Below, piece after piece: positions 9,101 to 16,895 of a DNA stretch of 24,000 nt. The DNA lies in assembly GCA_900104375.1 (NCBI GenBank), contig LT629302.1, positions 3,244,480 to 3,268,479 of the forward strand, given 5' to 3'. The DNA comes from Flavobacteriaceae bacterium MAR_2010_188. Its GTDB lineage: Bacteria; Bacteroidota; Bacteroidia; Flavobacteriales; Flavobacteriaceae. Both the position numbers and the translations under genes were made by a program. Position 1 is the stretch's first letter; the number at the start of each line of letters is the position of its first letter. The notes below the pieces were generated by a model. It had not been told where the DNA came from, made no database searches, and was given only the letters and a program-made list of their open reading frames with translations.

Positions 9101-11051
9101 TGCCATTTGGGGTGAAATCTATTTCGAACATCATAGATTCATTAGGCGCCAGTAGAATCGGTGCGCTATTTGGTAGTATTCTAAACTCTACTGGATTTGA
9201 AGAAATGAGGCTGCTAACATTTAAGTTGGCCGTTCCTTCATTCCGGATATAATAGGTTTTGGGAGAAGTTGTGGTCCCAATTGTAGTTGAAGCAAACAAA
9301 GTGTTGTTACCGGTGTTGGCTGGACTACTGCTGCTTATAGAAGCCATAGTGTTTCTTTCTACATCTATCTCTGGAATAGGAGTATAACCGATGCCTTTCA
9401 ATAGTATTTTACAATTTCCTTCATCCTCATCATTGCTAATAATTGATAGTTCTGATGTTTGCGCCCCTAATGACGTTGGAATAAATCTTAAGCTTATAAT
9501 CTGGGTGTAGCCTGGAGCTAGACTTAACGGAAAATTTGGTGATACTATGCTGAAATCGCCTGTAGTTACTAATGAAGAAATATCTAGGGCGATAGTCCCT
9601 TCATTTTTAATTTCAAAGGACCTATCTGTTGAATAACCCAAAGCTTGTCTATCAAAATTTATGGTAAAATTTCCACAGGCTTGAAGATTGCCGGAACTAT
9701 TCTTAAGCTGAATTTCGGGGTATGAACATGGAGATATAAGTGAATTAATTCCGGGGGAACCGCCATTAGGGACTTCCATCCAGTTAAAAGAGGTCATCGA
9801 GTTTCCTTGATATGCATTTATAACGTGCAATGAAGCGCCATTTCCGTCACCGCCATTTCCGGTAGAATAGGTCACGGAATCTACAATGGTCGAACTGTAG
9901 GATGCCACTATTTCTATTGTCTTCGTCGAATTGGGAAGATTATTCGTGGTGCTTGGGGTGCCATAATCGGGGACAAAACTACAATCAGCATTAAAAGGAG
10001 GAGAGAGATTATCGCCAAGGGCGACGGTGATACATTGTCCATTTAAGATAACACTGTTTAACGGGAAGGTAAATAAGTTAATACCTCCAACCACTATTTT
10101 ATGCAAACTTAGGTTTTGTGTGGTCCCAGAAATGTTGCAGATTTCTATCCATTCGTCGTCCGGACCAGAAGTGTCGTACATAATTTCGGTTAGTACCACA
10201 TTTGCCGGAGGAATGTAAACGCTTCCATTAAGAACCACGGTCTTTGTGGCAGCGGCATTGCTACTAGCGGATAAATTCCCATTATAGGTTCCATAGGTCA
10301 GACCTGCTTTTAGGCGAACGTAAATAGGGGTTGAAGAAACGATGCCGTCTACGGGACTCATAGATAACCCTTCCGTAAATCCAGATGTTTCATTTAGAGA
10401 AATTTCAAATGCTGCGGGACTAGTTAAGGTTATGTCTCCTACTAATTCCTTCCCTGAAATTGAAAAAGACTTGTTGGATGACGGACCGTAGCCTTCTCCA
10501 TAATTAAAATCTGAAATCGAGGTTTTGTCGATGGTAATTGTAGGTGTTGGCGTATACTCTGTCCAGGAAATGTCATCTAAGGAAATCTGCTTGCTGCCTA
10601 TTGACTTAAACTCAATTAAAACATTTCCGGGGACATTTGTAGTAAAGGACCTTTCGAAAATTGTATTCATCCCTGCTAGAGTATAGGAGTCGAATAAAAT
10701 GCCATTTACGTAAATCTCAATTTTGCGGTCCGCCGCCATTCCCCCAGTAAAATAAGAACGGATTTTATAAGAAACTCTACCGACACCTTTGCTGCCGGAA
10801 TTAACGCTTACTTTACTTGTAGTATTAAGGCCTTGACTAAGCCCGATTGATTTACCGACAATATTAAAATCTAAAGTGATGCTCCTTGCTTCTTGATAAT
10901 TCCAGACTAAGCCGTTATCACCGATAAATGAACTACTTTGATAAGTTGAACCAGAAGCGTTTAAATTTGTAAATGATTCGCTACCCTGTCCGAAACTGGA
11001 CATAGCAGAGAATATAAATGCTAATAGAGTGAGGGAAAATCTATTATCCAT
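6150..11051 (-). CDS. Giant (1633 aa) multidomain cell-surface/secreted protein: two lamin-tail domains, two choice-of-anchor-D-like Ig domains, IPT/TIG domain, T9SS type-A C-terminal sorting domain
   Basis: Signal peptide MDNRFSLTLLAFIFSAMSSFGQ. LTD-like segments are VLTEIMYDTSGPDDEWIEICN (about aa 284-412) and LFISEVTDKGTGSHSYIEIYNGTG (about aa 775-905). Choice-of-anchor-D-like segments are FEIKNEGTIALDISS...LSIISNDEDE and YYIRNEGTANLNVSS...ITIANDDSDENPY. IPT/TIG-like segment is PSTGPIGTIVTVTGSNYG. C-terminal CTD is VISDLSGRTIYQLKG...YIAKVRLSNGESVIKKIIKKI. Confidence 0.85.
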   Translation of the reverse strand: MDNRFSLTLLAFIFSAMSSFGQGSESFTNLNASGSTYQSSSFIGDNGLVWNYQEARSITLDFNIVGKSIGLSQGLNTTSKVSVNSGSKGVGRVSYKIRSYFTGGMAADRKIEIYVNGILFDSYTLAGMNTIFERSFTTNVPGNVLIEFKSIGSKQISLDDISWTEYTPTPTITIDKTSISDFNYGEGYGPSSNKSFSISGKELVGDITLTSPAAFEISLNETSGFTEGLSMSPVDGIVSSTPIYVRLKAGLTYGTYNGNLSASSNAAATKTVVLNGSVYIPPANVVLTEIMYDTSGPDDEWIEICNISGTTQNLSLHKIVVGGINLFTFPLNSVILNGQCITVALGDNLSPPFNADCSFVPDYGTPSTTNNLPNSTKTIEIVASYSSTIVDSVTYSTGNGGDGNGASLHVINAYQGNSMTSFNWMEVPNGGSPGINSLISPCSYPEIQLKNSSGNLQACGNFTINFDRQALGYSTDRSFEIKNEGTIALDISSLVTTGDFSIVSPNFPLSLAPGYTQIISLRFIPTSLGAQTSELSIISNDEDEGNCKILLKGIGYTPIPEIDVERNTMASISSSSPANTGNNTLFASTTIGTTTSPKTYYIRNEGTANLNVSSLISSNPVEFRILPNSAPILLAPNESMMFEIDFTPNGKGTRTATITIANDDSDENPYIIYVKGTGVCAAANLNFLPSTGPIGTIVTVTGSNYGAATTASLNGINTSITVISNTKIEVTIPVGATTGNIIINDNNGCESSKRFTVIDLKATSCEGDNGLRPKDLFISEVTDKGTGSHSYIEIYNGTGASINLAPYKVAIHNNGNPVATSTISLSGTIANKGVVVVAVGGTNRYDPEGGYTAQFFSSSFGISDDDHIRLTKSGVWVDLWGEISGDPFTIASKDYTYRRKGNGVYAPSTTWNNSDWTALNPVDYTDIGKHDFSIGIPPIIETNPSGPSSDCEIVDTIFVEGQEGFAGGQPITYKWFYNAPGEAGWTEISLNDPNFTGQGTAELNIVDLGSMNGYQFFSQIQESSEYCYGSSTAIRMKVNKTKWNGWSWSDGAPHFGSTAIIEGDYNTSINGNLSACKLSILNGAVLTITNQNYVEVINNITVNSSDAIKPSTINVKTAGNFIQINNLALVNVLGTGKITVEKETSPMDKWYEYTYWSSPVRNETIDNALSLAGSSRRFYFNAANYLDSLAETNNNNQYVEGQDGVDDNGNDWMFAGGMIMQPGVGYASTNSPASFSASSGAQTFLYEFSGAFNNGIINVPIYRNDNELRDTNWNLIGNPYPSPISVDKFIEENTSLDGAIYIWSQGTEPSFTNNGNELLNFSQDDYAIINGSGETAGGDGIKPNRFIPSGQGFFVSYSNEGAVLDYNEGIKTGKVVFANSMRTKGIADNNQFFRTRNNTEHNKLWLNLTSEEGLFSQMLIAYVEGATDDFDGSYYDAPKNLAIKSFGTIYSIIEDDDAKYVIQGKAASSLVNDESVDIGYSLAMDTNSIFEISIPEYQGNLLEELDIILQDTHRLIEHDLKNGPYRFTSDKGEINDRFKIIFKEAKLKIENVNESFSKLKVIELKDGQLQFTNESHKIESIVISDLSGRTIYQLKGNSTSETYNLPRLLPSAYIAKVRLSNGESVIKKIIKKI

Positions 11052-11076
11052 AAGAAATTTAATACAAAACTTTATT

Positions 11077-11084
11077 CAAAAATA
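11077..11084 (-). promoter_or_regulatory. Candidate -7 promoter box (TAnnTTTG) for the giant T9SS cargo gene
   Basis: The minus strand reads TATTTTTG, with 25 nt between it and the ATG at 11051. No clear -33 TTTG partner. Confidence 0.3.
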
Positions 11085-11154
11085 TATTAAAAAGAAAGAT
11101 GACTTATAATTGCATCTCAATAGTTATCAACAAATTATAATTTTATTTGTAGGA

Positions 11155-11631
11155 ATGGATTCACATAAATATTACACGCTGAAAGAGGCAATCCAAAAGG
11201 CAGAAAGTTATTGCGCATATCAAGAGCGTTGTCATAAGGAAGTGCGCCAAAAATTATTTAATATGAAAGTGAGCTCCGATAAGATTGACAGCGTCTTAGT
11301 ACATCTGATATCGCACAATTTTTTGAACGAAGAACGCTTCGCAGAGACTTATGTAAGAGGAAAATTCAATATTAAAAAATGGGGAAGAGTAAGGCTTACG
11401 GCAGAATTGAGACGTAGAGACATTTCAAAATTTATTATTACTAAAGCTCTGTCCCAAATAAGCGAGAGCAGTTATCTCAGTACTTTTCATGAGTTGGCTG
11501 AAAAGAAAGCAGAATCAATAGGAGAAGCTTCTCCTATAAAAAAGAAACGCAAACTTGCTGATTACCTGCTATACCGCGGATGGGAATCCCATTTGGTATT
11601 TGATAAGGTAAATGATTTAATCGGAAAATAA
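11155..11631 (+). CDS. recX: Recombination regulator RecX
   Basis: YCAYQERCHKEVRQKL...FLNEERFAETYVRGKFNIKKWGRVRLTAELRRRDIS is typical of the RecX helical repeats. The ATG at 11155 (MDSHKYYTLKEA) is preferred over the upstream TTG at 11110 used in the ORF track. Confidence 0.8.
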   Translation: MDSHKYYTLKEAIQKAESYCAYQERCHKEVRQKLFNMKVSSDKIDSVLVHLISHNFLNEERFAETYVRGKFNIKKWGRVRLTAELRRRDISKFIITKALSQISESSYLSTFHELAEKKAESIGEASPIKKKRKLADYLLYRGWESHLVFDKVNDLIGK

Positions 11632-11632
11632 A

Positions 11633-12124
11633 TTAGAGATTAAAACTTGCGCCGATATTTACCGCAAACTGATTATGAATTTTTTCCGCTGGCGTTAAGG
11701 CATCACTATTGTATTTGGCCATAGGAAATAGAGCTTCTGTAAAAATTCCAAAACCTGGTGTAAAGAAGTATCGAGCACCAACGTGCCCTCCGAAATTTTT
11801 CAAACTAAAGCTTAGACCTGGATAAAGATCAAAATTTTCATCGATATTCAATACATTTCCTAAGTGAGCATTAAACCTCCCTCTGACATCCATACGGTCC
11901 CCAAAATCTGCTTCTAAAGAATTATCGATTCCCAGGGCATAGGTACCAACTACTCCCAATGAAATATTTTCGCCAATACCGTAATCGAAACTGACGTTTA
12001 GACCAGTCGCATTGTCTTGAATATTTGCACCAACTTGAAATTTGTTGTCGCCGTTACCAGTGTATGCTTGGGCATGGATTAATGTGGTTGCGAAAATGGA
12101 TAAAATTAAAAGAGAATATTTCAT
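11633..12124 (-). CDS. Small outer-membrane beta-barrel (porin-family) protein
   Basis: Signal peptide MKYSLLILSIFATTLIHAQA. Alternating amphipathic strands follow, rich in G/Y/F, and the terminal residues are GASFNL. The ATG at 12124 is preferred over the TTG at 12151. Confidence 0.7.
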   Translation of the reverse strand: MKYSLLILSIFATTLIHAQAYTGNGDNKFQVGANIQDNATGLNVSFDYGIGENISLGVVGTYALGIDNSLEADFGDRMDVRGRFNAHLGNVLNIDENFDLYPGLSFSLKNFGGHVGARYFFTPGFGIFTEALFPMAKYNSDALTPAEKIHNQFAVNIGASFNL

Positions 12125-12148
12125 TATTTGGGTGTTTTTTAATTTCAA

Positions 12149-12156
12149 CAAAGATA
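12149..12156 (-). promoter_or_regulatory. Candidate -7 promoter box (TAnnTTTG) for the beta-barrel gene
   Basis: The minus strand reads TATCTTTG, with 24 nt between it and the ATG at 12124. It sits in the short spacer after the cupin gene stop (12171). Confidence 0.35.
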
Positions 12157-12170
12157 TTATAAGTTTTTAT

Positions 12171-13208
12171 TTATTGAGCATTATAGAATGCGTCTGTCCT
12201 AAAAATTGCTTGTTCATTTTTCCAATCGATCCATTTTTGGCCTTTTATCCTTCGCATAAAATTGTCAAAATATCTCATGATTGCGATATTATAAATGGCC
12301 TTGGCAAGATTTTTAGGATTTTTGGCGATAGAACGAAGGCTCATCGAAAAGCCTGGCGTTAAATACTTCATATAATGCCAATAACCTTCTGGCATATATA
12401 ACATATCGCCGTGTTTAAGTTCTGTGATAAAGCCATTAGCATTTTTAAGGGCCGGCCACTTTTCGAAATCAGGTTGATTAAAATCTATATCTTCTCTTAC
12501 GATTAAAGAGTGTGGAATTTTATAAAGATGCTTATTCTGTTTTTGATCAAATAAGATGCATTTTTTGATACCTTCAAAATGATAATGAAATATGTTGGCT
12601 AAATCGATATCAAAATGCATAAAGGTATGAGAATCGCGACCACCGAAGAATAGCATTGGCAGACCTTTCATGAATTTAATTCCCAAATCAGGATACTCAA
12701 ACTCATTTTGAAGCTGAGGTACTTCCTTCATAAGATTCCAAAGAAAAATGCGGTATTTAGTTGGTTCTTTTTTAAGAAGATCGATATAAGCGTTCATCTT
12801 CATCTTTGCGTGAGGCTGATTAAAACCATCCTTGTGGCTTACTGGCCTATCATCATAAAGCGGAACTATTTTTTCGCCGGCAATTTCCTTGAAGTAATCA
12901 AAATTCCAGGTGGAGTTGGCTGACCAATTGCTCGAAAGATTTTCCACCACTACTGGCAATTGAGGTTTATAGTAATTTGCTATAAATTCCTCTTTTGTAA
13001 TAGAAGATATACGAGGAATGTCCTTTAGATTCAGCTCCAACAATGATTGATTTTGTGATGGCAAAGTTATTAAATCGTAGAGAATAAGATTTAAAGATCT
13101 GTTAAAAGTAATTCTCCTACTTTCTTTAATCTTAAATCTTTGCGGCTGCCTTTTTTTGTTCGTTTCTTTCAATCTGATGTCCGGGCCTAGACCATTTCGG
13201 TTTTTCAT
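12171..13208 (-). CDS. JmjC/cupin-like (Cupin_8-type) putative Fe(II)/2-oxoglutarate oxygenase; start codon uncertain
   Basis: Facial-triad-like motifs are present: [12 protein letters not shown] (HxD) and [12 protein letters not shown] (distal His), with an intervening IKKCILF lysine. The maximal ORF starts at ATG 13208 and overlaps the bioB 3' end by 77 nt. An in-frame TTG at 13043 ([11 protein letters not shown]) would give a size more typical of the family. Confidence 0.7.
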   Translation of the reverse strand: MKNRNGLGPDIRLKETNKKRQPQRFKIKESRRITFNRSLNLILYDLITLPSQNQSLLELNLKDIPRISSITKEEFIANYYKPQLPVVVENLSSNWSANSTWNFDYFKEIAGEKIVPLYDDRPVSHKDGFNQPHAKMKMNAYIDLLKKEPTKYRIFLWNLMKEVPQLQNEFEYPDLGIKFMKGLPMLFFGGRDSHTFMHFDIDLANIFHYHFEGIKKCILFDQKQNKHLYKIPHSLIVREDIDFNQPDFEKWPALKNANGFITELKHGDMLYMPEGYWHYMKYLTPGFSMSLRSIAKNPKNLAKAIYNIAIMRYFDNFMRRIKGQKWIDWKNEQAIFRTDAFYNAQ

Positions 13209-14220
13209 TTTTAGATTGAAATTGGGAATCGGAAGCTTCTACCGTCGCAGGTTGCATTTTTTTGATGAATGGTTTTTGCGGAGTAAGACCCAAAAGACCA
13301 AATAATTTCATGTCTTCTGCAACATCCGGATTTGGAGTTGTCAGTAATTTATCTCCGGCAAAAATAGAATTAGCTCCTGCAAAAAAGCAAAGGGTTTGGC
13401 CTTCTTGGCTCATTTCAGTTCTTCCGGCGCTAAGTCTAACTTGGGTTTCTGGCATAACGATTCGCGTTGTAGCTACCATTCTTACCATGTCCCATATAGA
13501 AACCGGATTCTGATCTTCTAACGGAGTACCTTCAACCGCGACCAAAGAATTAATAGGTACGGATTCTGGTTGTGGATTTAAGGTTGAAAGCGCTACCAAC
13601 ATTCCGGCGCGGTCAGTTTCAGATTCACCCATACCAATAATTCCACCAGAGCAAACGGTGACATTGGTTTTACGAACGTTATCAATGGTATCTAAACGAT
13701 CTTGGTATCCTCGGGTAGAAATTACTTCCTTATAGTATTCTTCAGAAGAATCTAAGTTATGATTATAAGCATACAATCCTGCTTCTGCTAAACGATGTGC
13801 CTGATTTTCGGTAACCATTCCCAAAGTGCAACAGACTTCCATGTCTAATTTATTAATGGTTCTCACCATTTCGAGCACTTGATCAAACTCTTCACCATCC
13901 TTAACATTTCTCCAAGCAGCACCCATACATACCCTTGAGCTTCCAGATGCCTTTGCCCTTAGAGCCTGGGCTTTTACCTGTTGCACGGTCATTAAATCGT
14001 TGCCTTCTACATTGGTATGGTATCGAGCGGCTTGCGGACAATAACCACAATCTTCTGGACAACCGCCTGTCTTTATTGACAGTAAGGTAGAAACTTGGAC
14101 CGTATTTGGGTCGTGATGAAGTCTATGAACGGTAGCCGCGTCATAAAGTAACTCCATCATTGGCTTATTATAGATAGCCAAAATCTCTTCTTTAGTCCAG
14201 TTATGTCTTATATCGCTCAT
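13132..14220 (-). CDS. bioB: Biotin synthase (radical SAM)
   Basis: Radical-SAM motif [10 protein letters not shown]; NHNLDSS; YQDRLDT; GGIIGMGE. 362 aa. Confidence 0.95.
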   Translation of the reverse strand: MSDIRHNWTKEEILAIYNKPMMELLYDAATVHRLHHDPNTVQVSTLLSIKTGGCPEDCGYCPQAARYHTNVEGNDLMTVQQVKAQALRAKASGSSRVCMGAAWRNVKDGEEFDQVLEMVRTINKLDMEVCCTLGMVTENQAHRLAEAGLYAYNHNLDSSEEYYKEVISTRGYQDRLDTIDNVRKTNVTVCSGGIIGMGESETDRAGMLVALSTLNPQPESVPINSLVAVEGTPLEDQNPVSIWDMVRMVATTRIVMPETQVRLSAGRTEMSQEGQTLCFFAGANSIFAGDKLLTTPNPDVAEDMKLFGLLGLTPQKPFIKKMQPATVEASDSQFQSKNEKPKWSRPGHQIERNEQKKAAAKI

Positions 14221-14283
14221 ATATCAAAAATAAGATTTATTGATATTAAATATTAAAGTTGAATTATTTTCTACCAATTGTTT

Positions 14284-15444
14284 TCAACAACTAGGATGTT
14301 TTAGAACAATACTTACCGCGTTTCCACCGAAACCAACAGAGTTAATCATAATCCTTTTGATTTTTTCTGGCTCTTTAGTTGGAAGGTAAGGAACTTCAAA
14401 ATATTCTTGATTTTGAAGCATTAATATTGCCATCTCAACACTTAGAATTCCTGATGCTCCCAAAGTGTGCCCAATTTGCCATTTATTGCAGGTTAATGCC
14501 GGCATTTTATTTTTGAAAACAGTTTCGATGGCATTAAGTTCGGACAAATCACCTTTAATGGTGCCTGGCGTATGGGTGATGATAATATCTATTTCTTCTG
14601 GATGAATGGTTGTTAATGCCATGGTTATCGATTTTTGGAAGCAAATGGCATCGGGTGAAACGGAAACATTATGGGTTAGAGGCTCATTTCCGAATCCAAA
14701 ACCTTCTATGATTGCTAACCTATTTTTCAAAATGCCTTTCTGCAGGCAGGCACTGCCCGCAGCTTCACCTAAAATCATAGTATTTTCTTCTTTATCAAAA
14801 TTTAATGGCTGACAAGGATATTCACTTTGATTTCTCGAATAAATCTTTAAAGCTTGCATCTGGGCAATAGTAAAATCAGTTAATGGCGCTTCGCTACCTC
14901 CCACTAAAAAACTATCGCAGAGTCCAGATTTTATCCAAGCGATTGCATTTAACATGGCGTGTAATGATGTAGAACAGGTGATAGAATGGGAAATAGCTGG
15001 GCCATCCGAAAGCAAATCTTGAGCAACCCAAGACGAAATGTTTCCTAAAGTCGTGGTCGGCGAGGCTAGGGCACTTAGTTTTTTGTCCCGGATGAATTCT
15101 CGATGGAATTTTTCAAAGAGTTGGGTGGCACCACGGGAAGAACCTATATTTATTCCAAAGTTATTTTTCTTAGCCCAATTGGCTTCAGCAGTTGCATTTC
15201 TTGACGCATAAATAGAAAACAAAACGGTGTCGTCTAAGGATTTATACTTTTGGTTAGAAACTTTTAAGTTCTCTATTATCGCCTTGGATTCTTTTGATAA
15301 TTCCGCAACGGCAACTTCAGAATTATTTATGGTCTTAGACGTTATCTTTGGCTGAGAGCGTCTATAACTCTGCAAAACTTCTTCTCTATTAGCACCTAAA
15401 GGAGAGATAGACGAAATACCAACAATTGAAATAGGAAAATCCAA
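14284..15444 (-). CDS. Beta-ketoacyl-ACP synthase I/II-like condensing enzyme embedded in the biotin operon
   Basis: FabB/FabF-type motifs: SITCSTSLHA (Cys157), THTPGTIKGD (His291), NKWQIGHTLGASG (Lys321/His326) and C-terminal NSVGFGGNAVSIVL. At 386 aa it is shorter than E. coli FabF. The start is TTG at 15444, 22 nt after the bioA stop. Confidence 0.8.
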   Translation of the reverse strand: MDFPISIVGISSISPLGANREEVLQSYRRSQPKITSKTINNSEVAVAELSKESKAIIENLKVSNQKYKSLDDTVLFSIYASRNATAEANWAKKNNFGINIGSSRGATQLFEKFHREFIRDKKLSALASPTTTLGNISSWVAQDLLSDGPAISHSITCSTSLHAMLNAIAWIKSGLCDSFLVGGSEAPLTDFTIAQMQALKIYSRNQSEYPCQPLNFDKEENTMILGEAAGSACLQKGILKNRLAIIEGFGFGNEPLTHNVSVSPDAICFQKSITMALTTIHPEEIDIIITHTPGTIKGDLSELNAIETVFKNKMPALTCNKWQIGHTLGASGILSVEMAILMLQNQEYFEVPYLPTKEPEKIKRIMINSVGFGGNAVSIVLKHPSC

Positions 15445-15466
15445 AGGCTTTTAGTTTAGGGTAAAA

Positions 15467-16732
15467 TTATACTATTGAGAGCGCACCTTCAATCGCTCGG
15501 TAGATTTTTTTTAATTGATGCTCCTCAATGATATAGGGAGGATGTATATAAATAGTGTTACCCAACGGCCTCAGATAAATGCCTTGCGACATAAAATAAT
15601 CGAAAAGTTTATTGCGTAGATTTCCATAGCGCTCAGTTTCAACATTTAAATCTAGCGCATAGATTATCCCTTTTTGTCTGGTCGATTTTATTTTTGAATG
15701 ATTTTTTATTTTAGAGTCAAATTCTTGGTGCATTTTAATAATCTTCGAAATGTTTGATTGAATTTCAACAGAAGTCAATAACTCAATACCAGCAATGGCT
15801 GCTGTGCAGGCCAGAGGATTGGCGGAGTAGGTGTGACCATGAAAAAACCCTTTTGATACATCTTCGCTTAAAAAGGCATCGTATATTTTTTGTGAACAGG
15901 CTGTAATTCCCATTGGCAAAAGACCGGCAGTTAAGGCTTTGCTCAAGCACATGATGTCAGGATTGATTCTTAAATGCTGGGATGCGAAATATTTTCCTGT
16001 TTTGCCAAATCCGGTCATGACTTCATCGGCAATGGTGATGATTCCTTTTTCGATGCAAAAATTCAAGATTTGTTCTAAATCATCAGCTTTATGCATTTGC
16101 ATCGCGGCGGCGCCTTGTACTAGAGGTTCGTAGACAAAACAGGCAATGGAATTTTCTTTGGTGAGCTTTTCTAAGGTTTTTAAAATATCTTGAATATTAT
16201 CAGAATCGGGAGTTGGTATGCGTTTTACTTCTAGGAAAAAATCTTCAAAAGGACCGTTGTAGACTGAAAGTCCAGAAACACTCATTGCTCCAAACGTGTC
16301 TCCGTGAAATCCATTTTCGAAGGCTAGAATGACATTTCTTTTTTCATTTTTATTAAAATGAAATTGAAGAGCCATTTTTATCGCGACCTCTACGGTCGTA
16401 GATCCGTTGTCGCTAAAGAAAATCTTTTCCTGATTTTCTGGGAGAATCTTTATAAGTTCTTCCGAAAGTATGATCGCCGGCTTATGGGTGAAACCGCTAA
16501 AGACGATTTGATCTAAATTCTTCATTTGCGCAGCCACGCGATTTGTGATAAAATCGTTGCAATGTCCGTAGACTGAAGTGTACCAAGATGCAATCCCATC
16601 GATATACTCCTTTCCTGCTTCGTCGTAAAGTAAGCAGCCTTTTGCACTAATAATTGGTAAGCTCTCTGGATGTAGCTTATGTTGGGTAAGCGGATGCCAA
16701 AGATGTTTTTTGTCTCGTTGTGATAAGGTCAT
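15467..16732 (-). CDS. bioA: Adenosylmethionine-8-amino-7-oxononanoate aminotransferase
   Basis: N-terminus DKKHLWHPLTQHK; class-III aminotransferase body; PLP-lysine context DIMCLSKALTAG. 421 aa, within the biotin cluster. Confidence 0.92.
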   Translation of the reverse strand: MTLSQRDKKHLWHPLTQHKLHPESLPIISAKGCLLYDEAGKEYIDGIASWYTSVYGHCNDFITNRVAAQMKNLDQIVFSGFTHKPAIILSEELIKILPENQEKIFFSDNGSTTVEVAIKMALQFHFNKNEKRNVILAFENGFHGDTFGAMSVSGLSVYNGPFEDFFLEVKRIPTPDSDNIQDILKTLEKLTKENSIACFVYEPLVQGAAAMQMHKADDLEQILNFCIEKGIITIADEVMTGFGKTGKYFASQHLRINPDIMCLSKALTAGLLPMGITACSQKIYDAFLSEDVSKGFFHGHTYSANPLACTAAIAGIELLTSVEIQSNISKIIKMHQEFDSKIKNHSKIKSTRQKGIIYALDLNVETERYGNLRNKLFDYFMSQGIYLRPLGNTIYIHPPYIIEEHQLKKIYRAIEGALSIV

Positions 16733-16803
16733 AAATTTTAATTTGAAACTTGCTTTTGACAGAGCGTAAACTCAAAGTTTTTTTCTTGTTAATTTCTTGT
16801 GAG

Positions 16804-16868
16804 ACCCTGAATCAAGTTCAGGGTGACGTCCTTAATGCGTTGTCGTCATGCTGAACTTGTTTCAGCAT
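16804..16868. repeat. Pair of related short hairpins sharing a CTGAA-N5-TTCAG core (REP-like, Bacteroidota type)
   Basis: Hairpin 1 is ACCCTGAA (16804-16811) / TTCAGGGT (16817-16824) with loop TCAAG. Hairpin 2 is ATGCTGAA (16848-16855) / TTCAGCAT (16861-16868) with loop CTTGT. They lie directly downstream (minus-strand sense) of the GIY-YIG remnant. Confidence 0.75.
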
Positions 16869-16895
16869 CTCAGCCTTATTTACATTTAAATCCAT

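Noticed and set aside
10027-10218. Plus-strand 63-aa ORF inside the giant T9SS gene
   Set aside because: It is antisense to the first lamin-tail-domain coding region and has no independent support.
11110-11154. N-terminal extensions from upstream alternative starts: recX TTG 11110, beta-barrel TTG 12151, bioD ATG 17889, M61 GTG 19460
   Set aside because: In each case a downstream ATG yields the canonical N-terminus: the RecX start, signal peptides beginning MKY... and MRY..., and the BioD P-loop directly after Met. The extensions overlap neighbouring genes or add non-conserved residues.
12042-12923. Plus-strand ORFs 12042-12362 and 12708-12923
   Set aside because: They are antisense to the beta-barrel and cupin genes. 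The first spans the intergenic spacer only because AT-rich sequence there lacks stops.
16804-16868. Interpreting the two hairpins as Rho-independent terminators separating bioD from bioA
   Set aside because: Neither hairpin is followed by a U-rich tract on the operon (minus) strand. They fit a dispersed-repeat explanation better.
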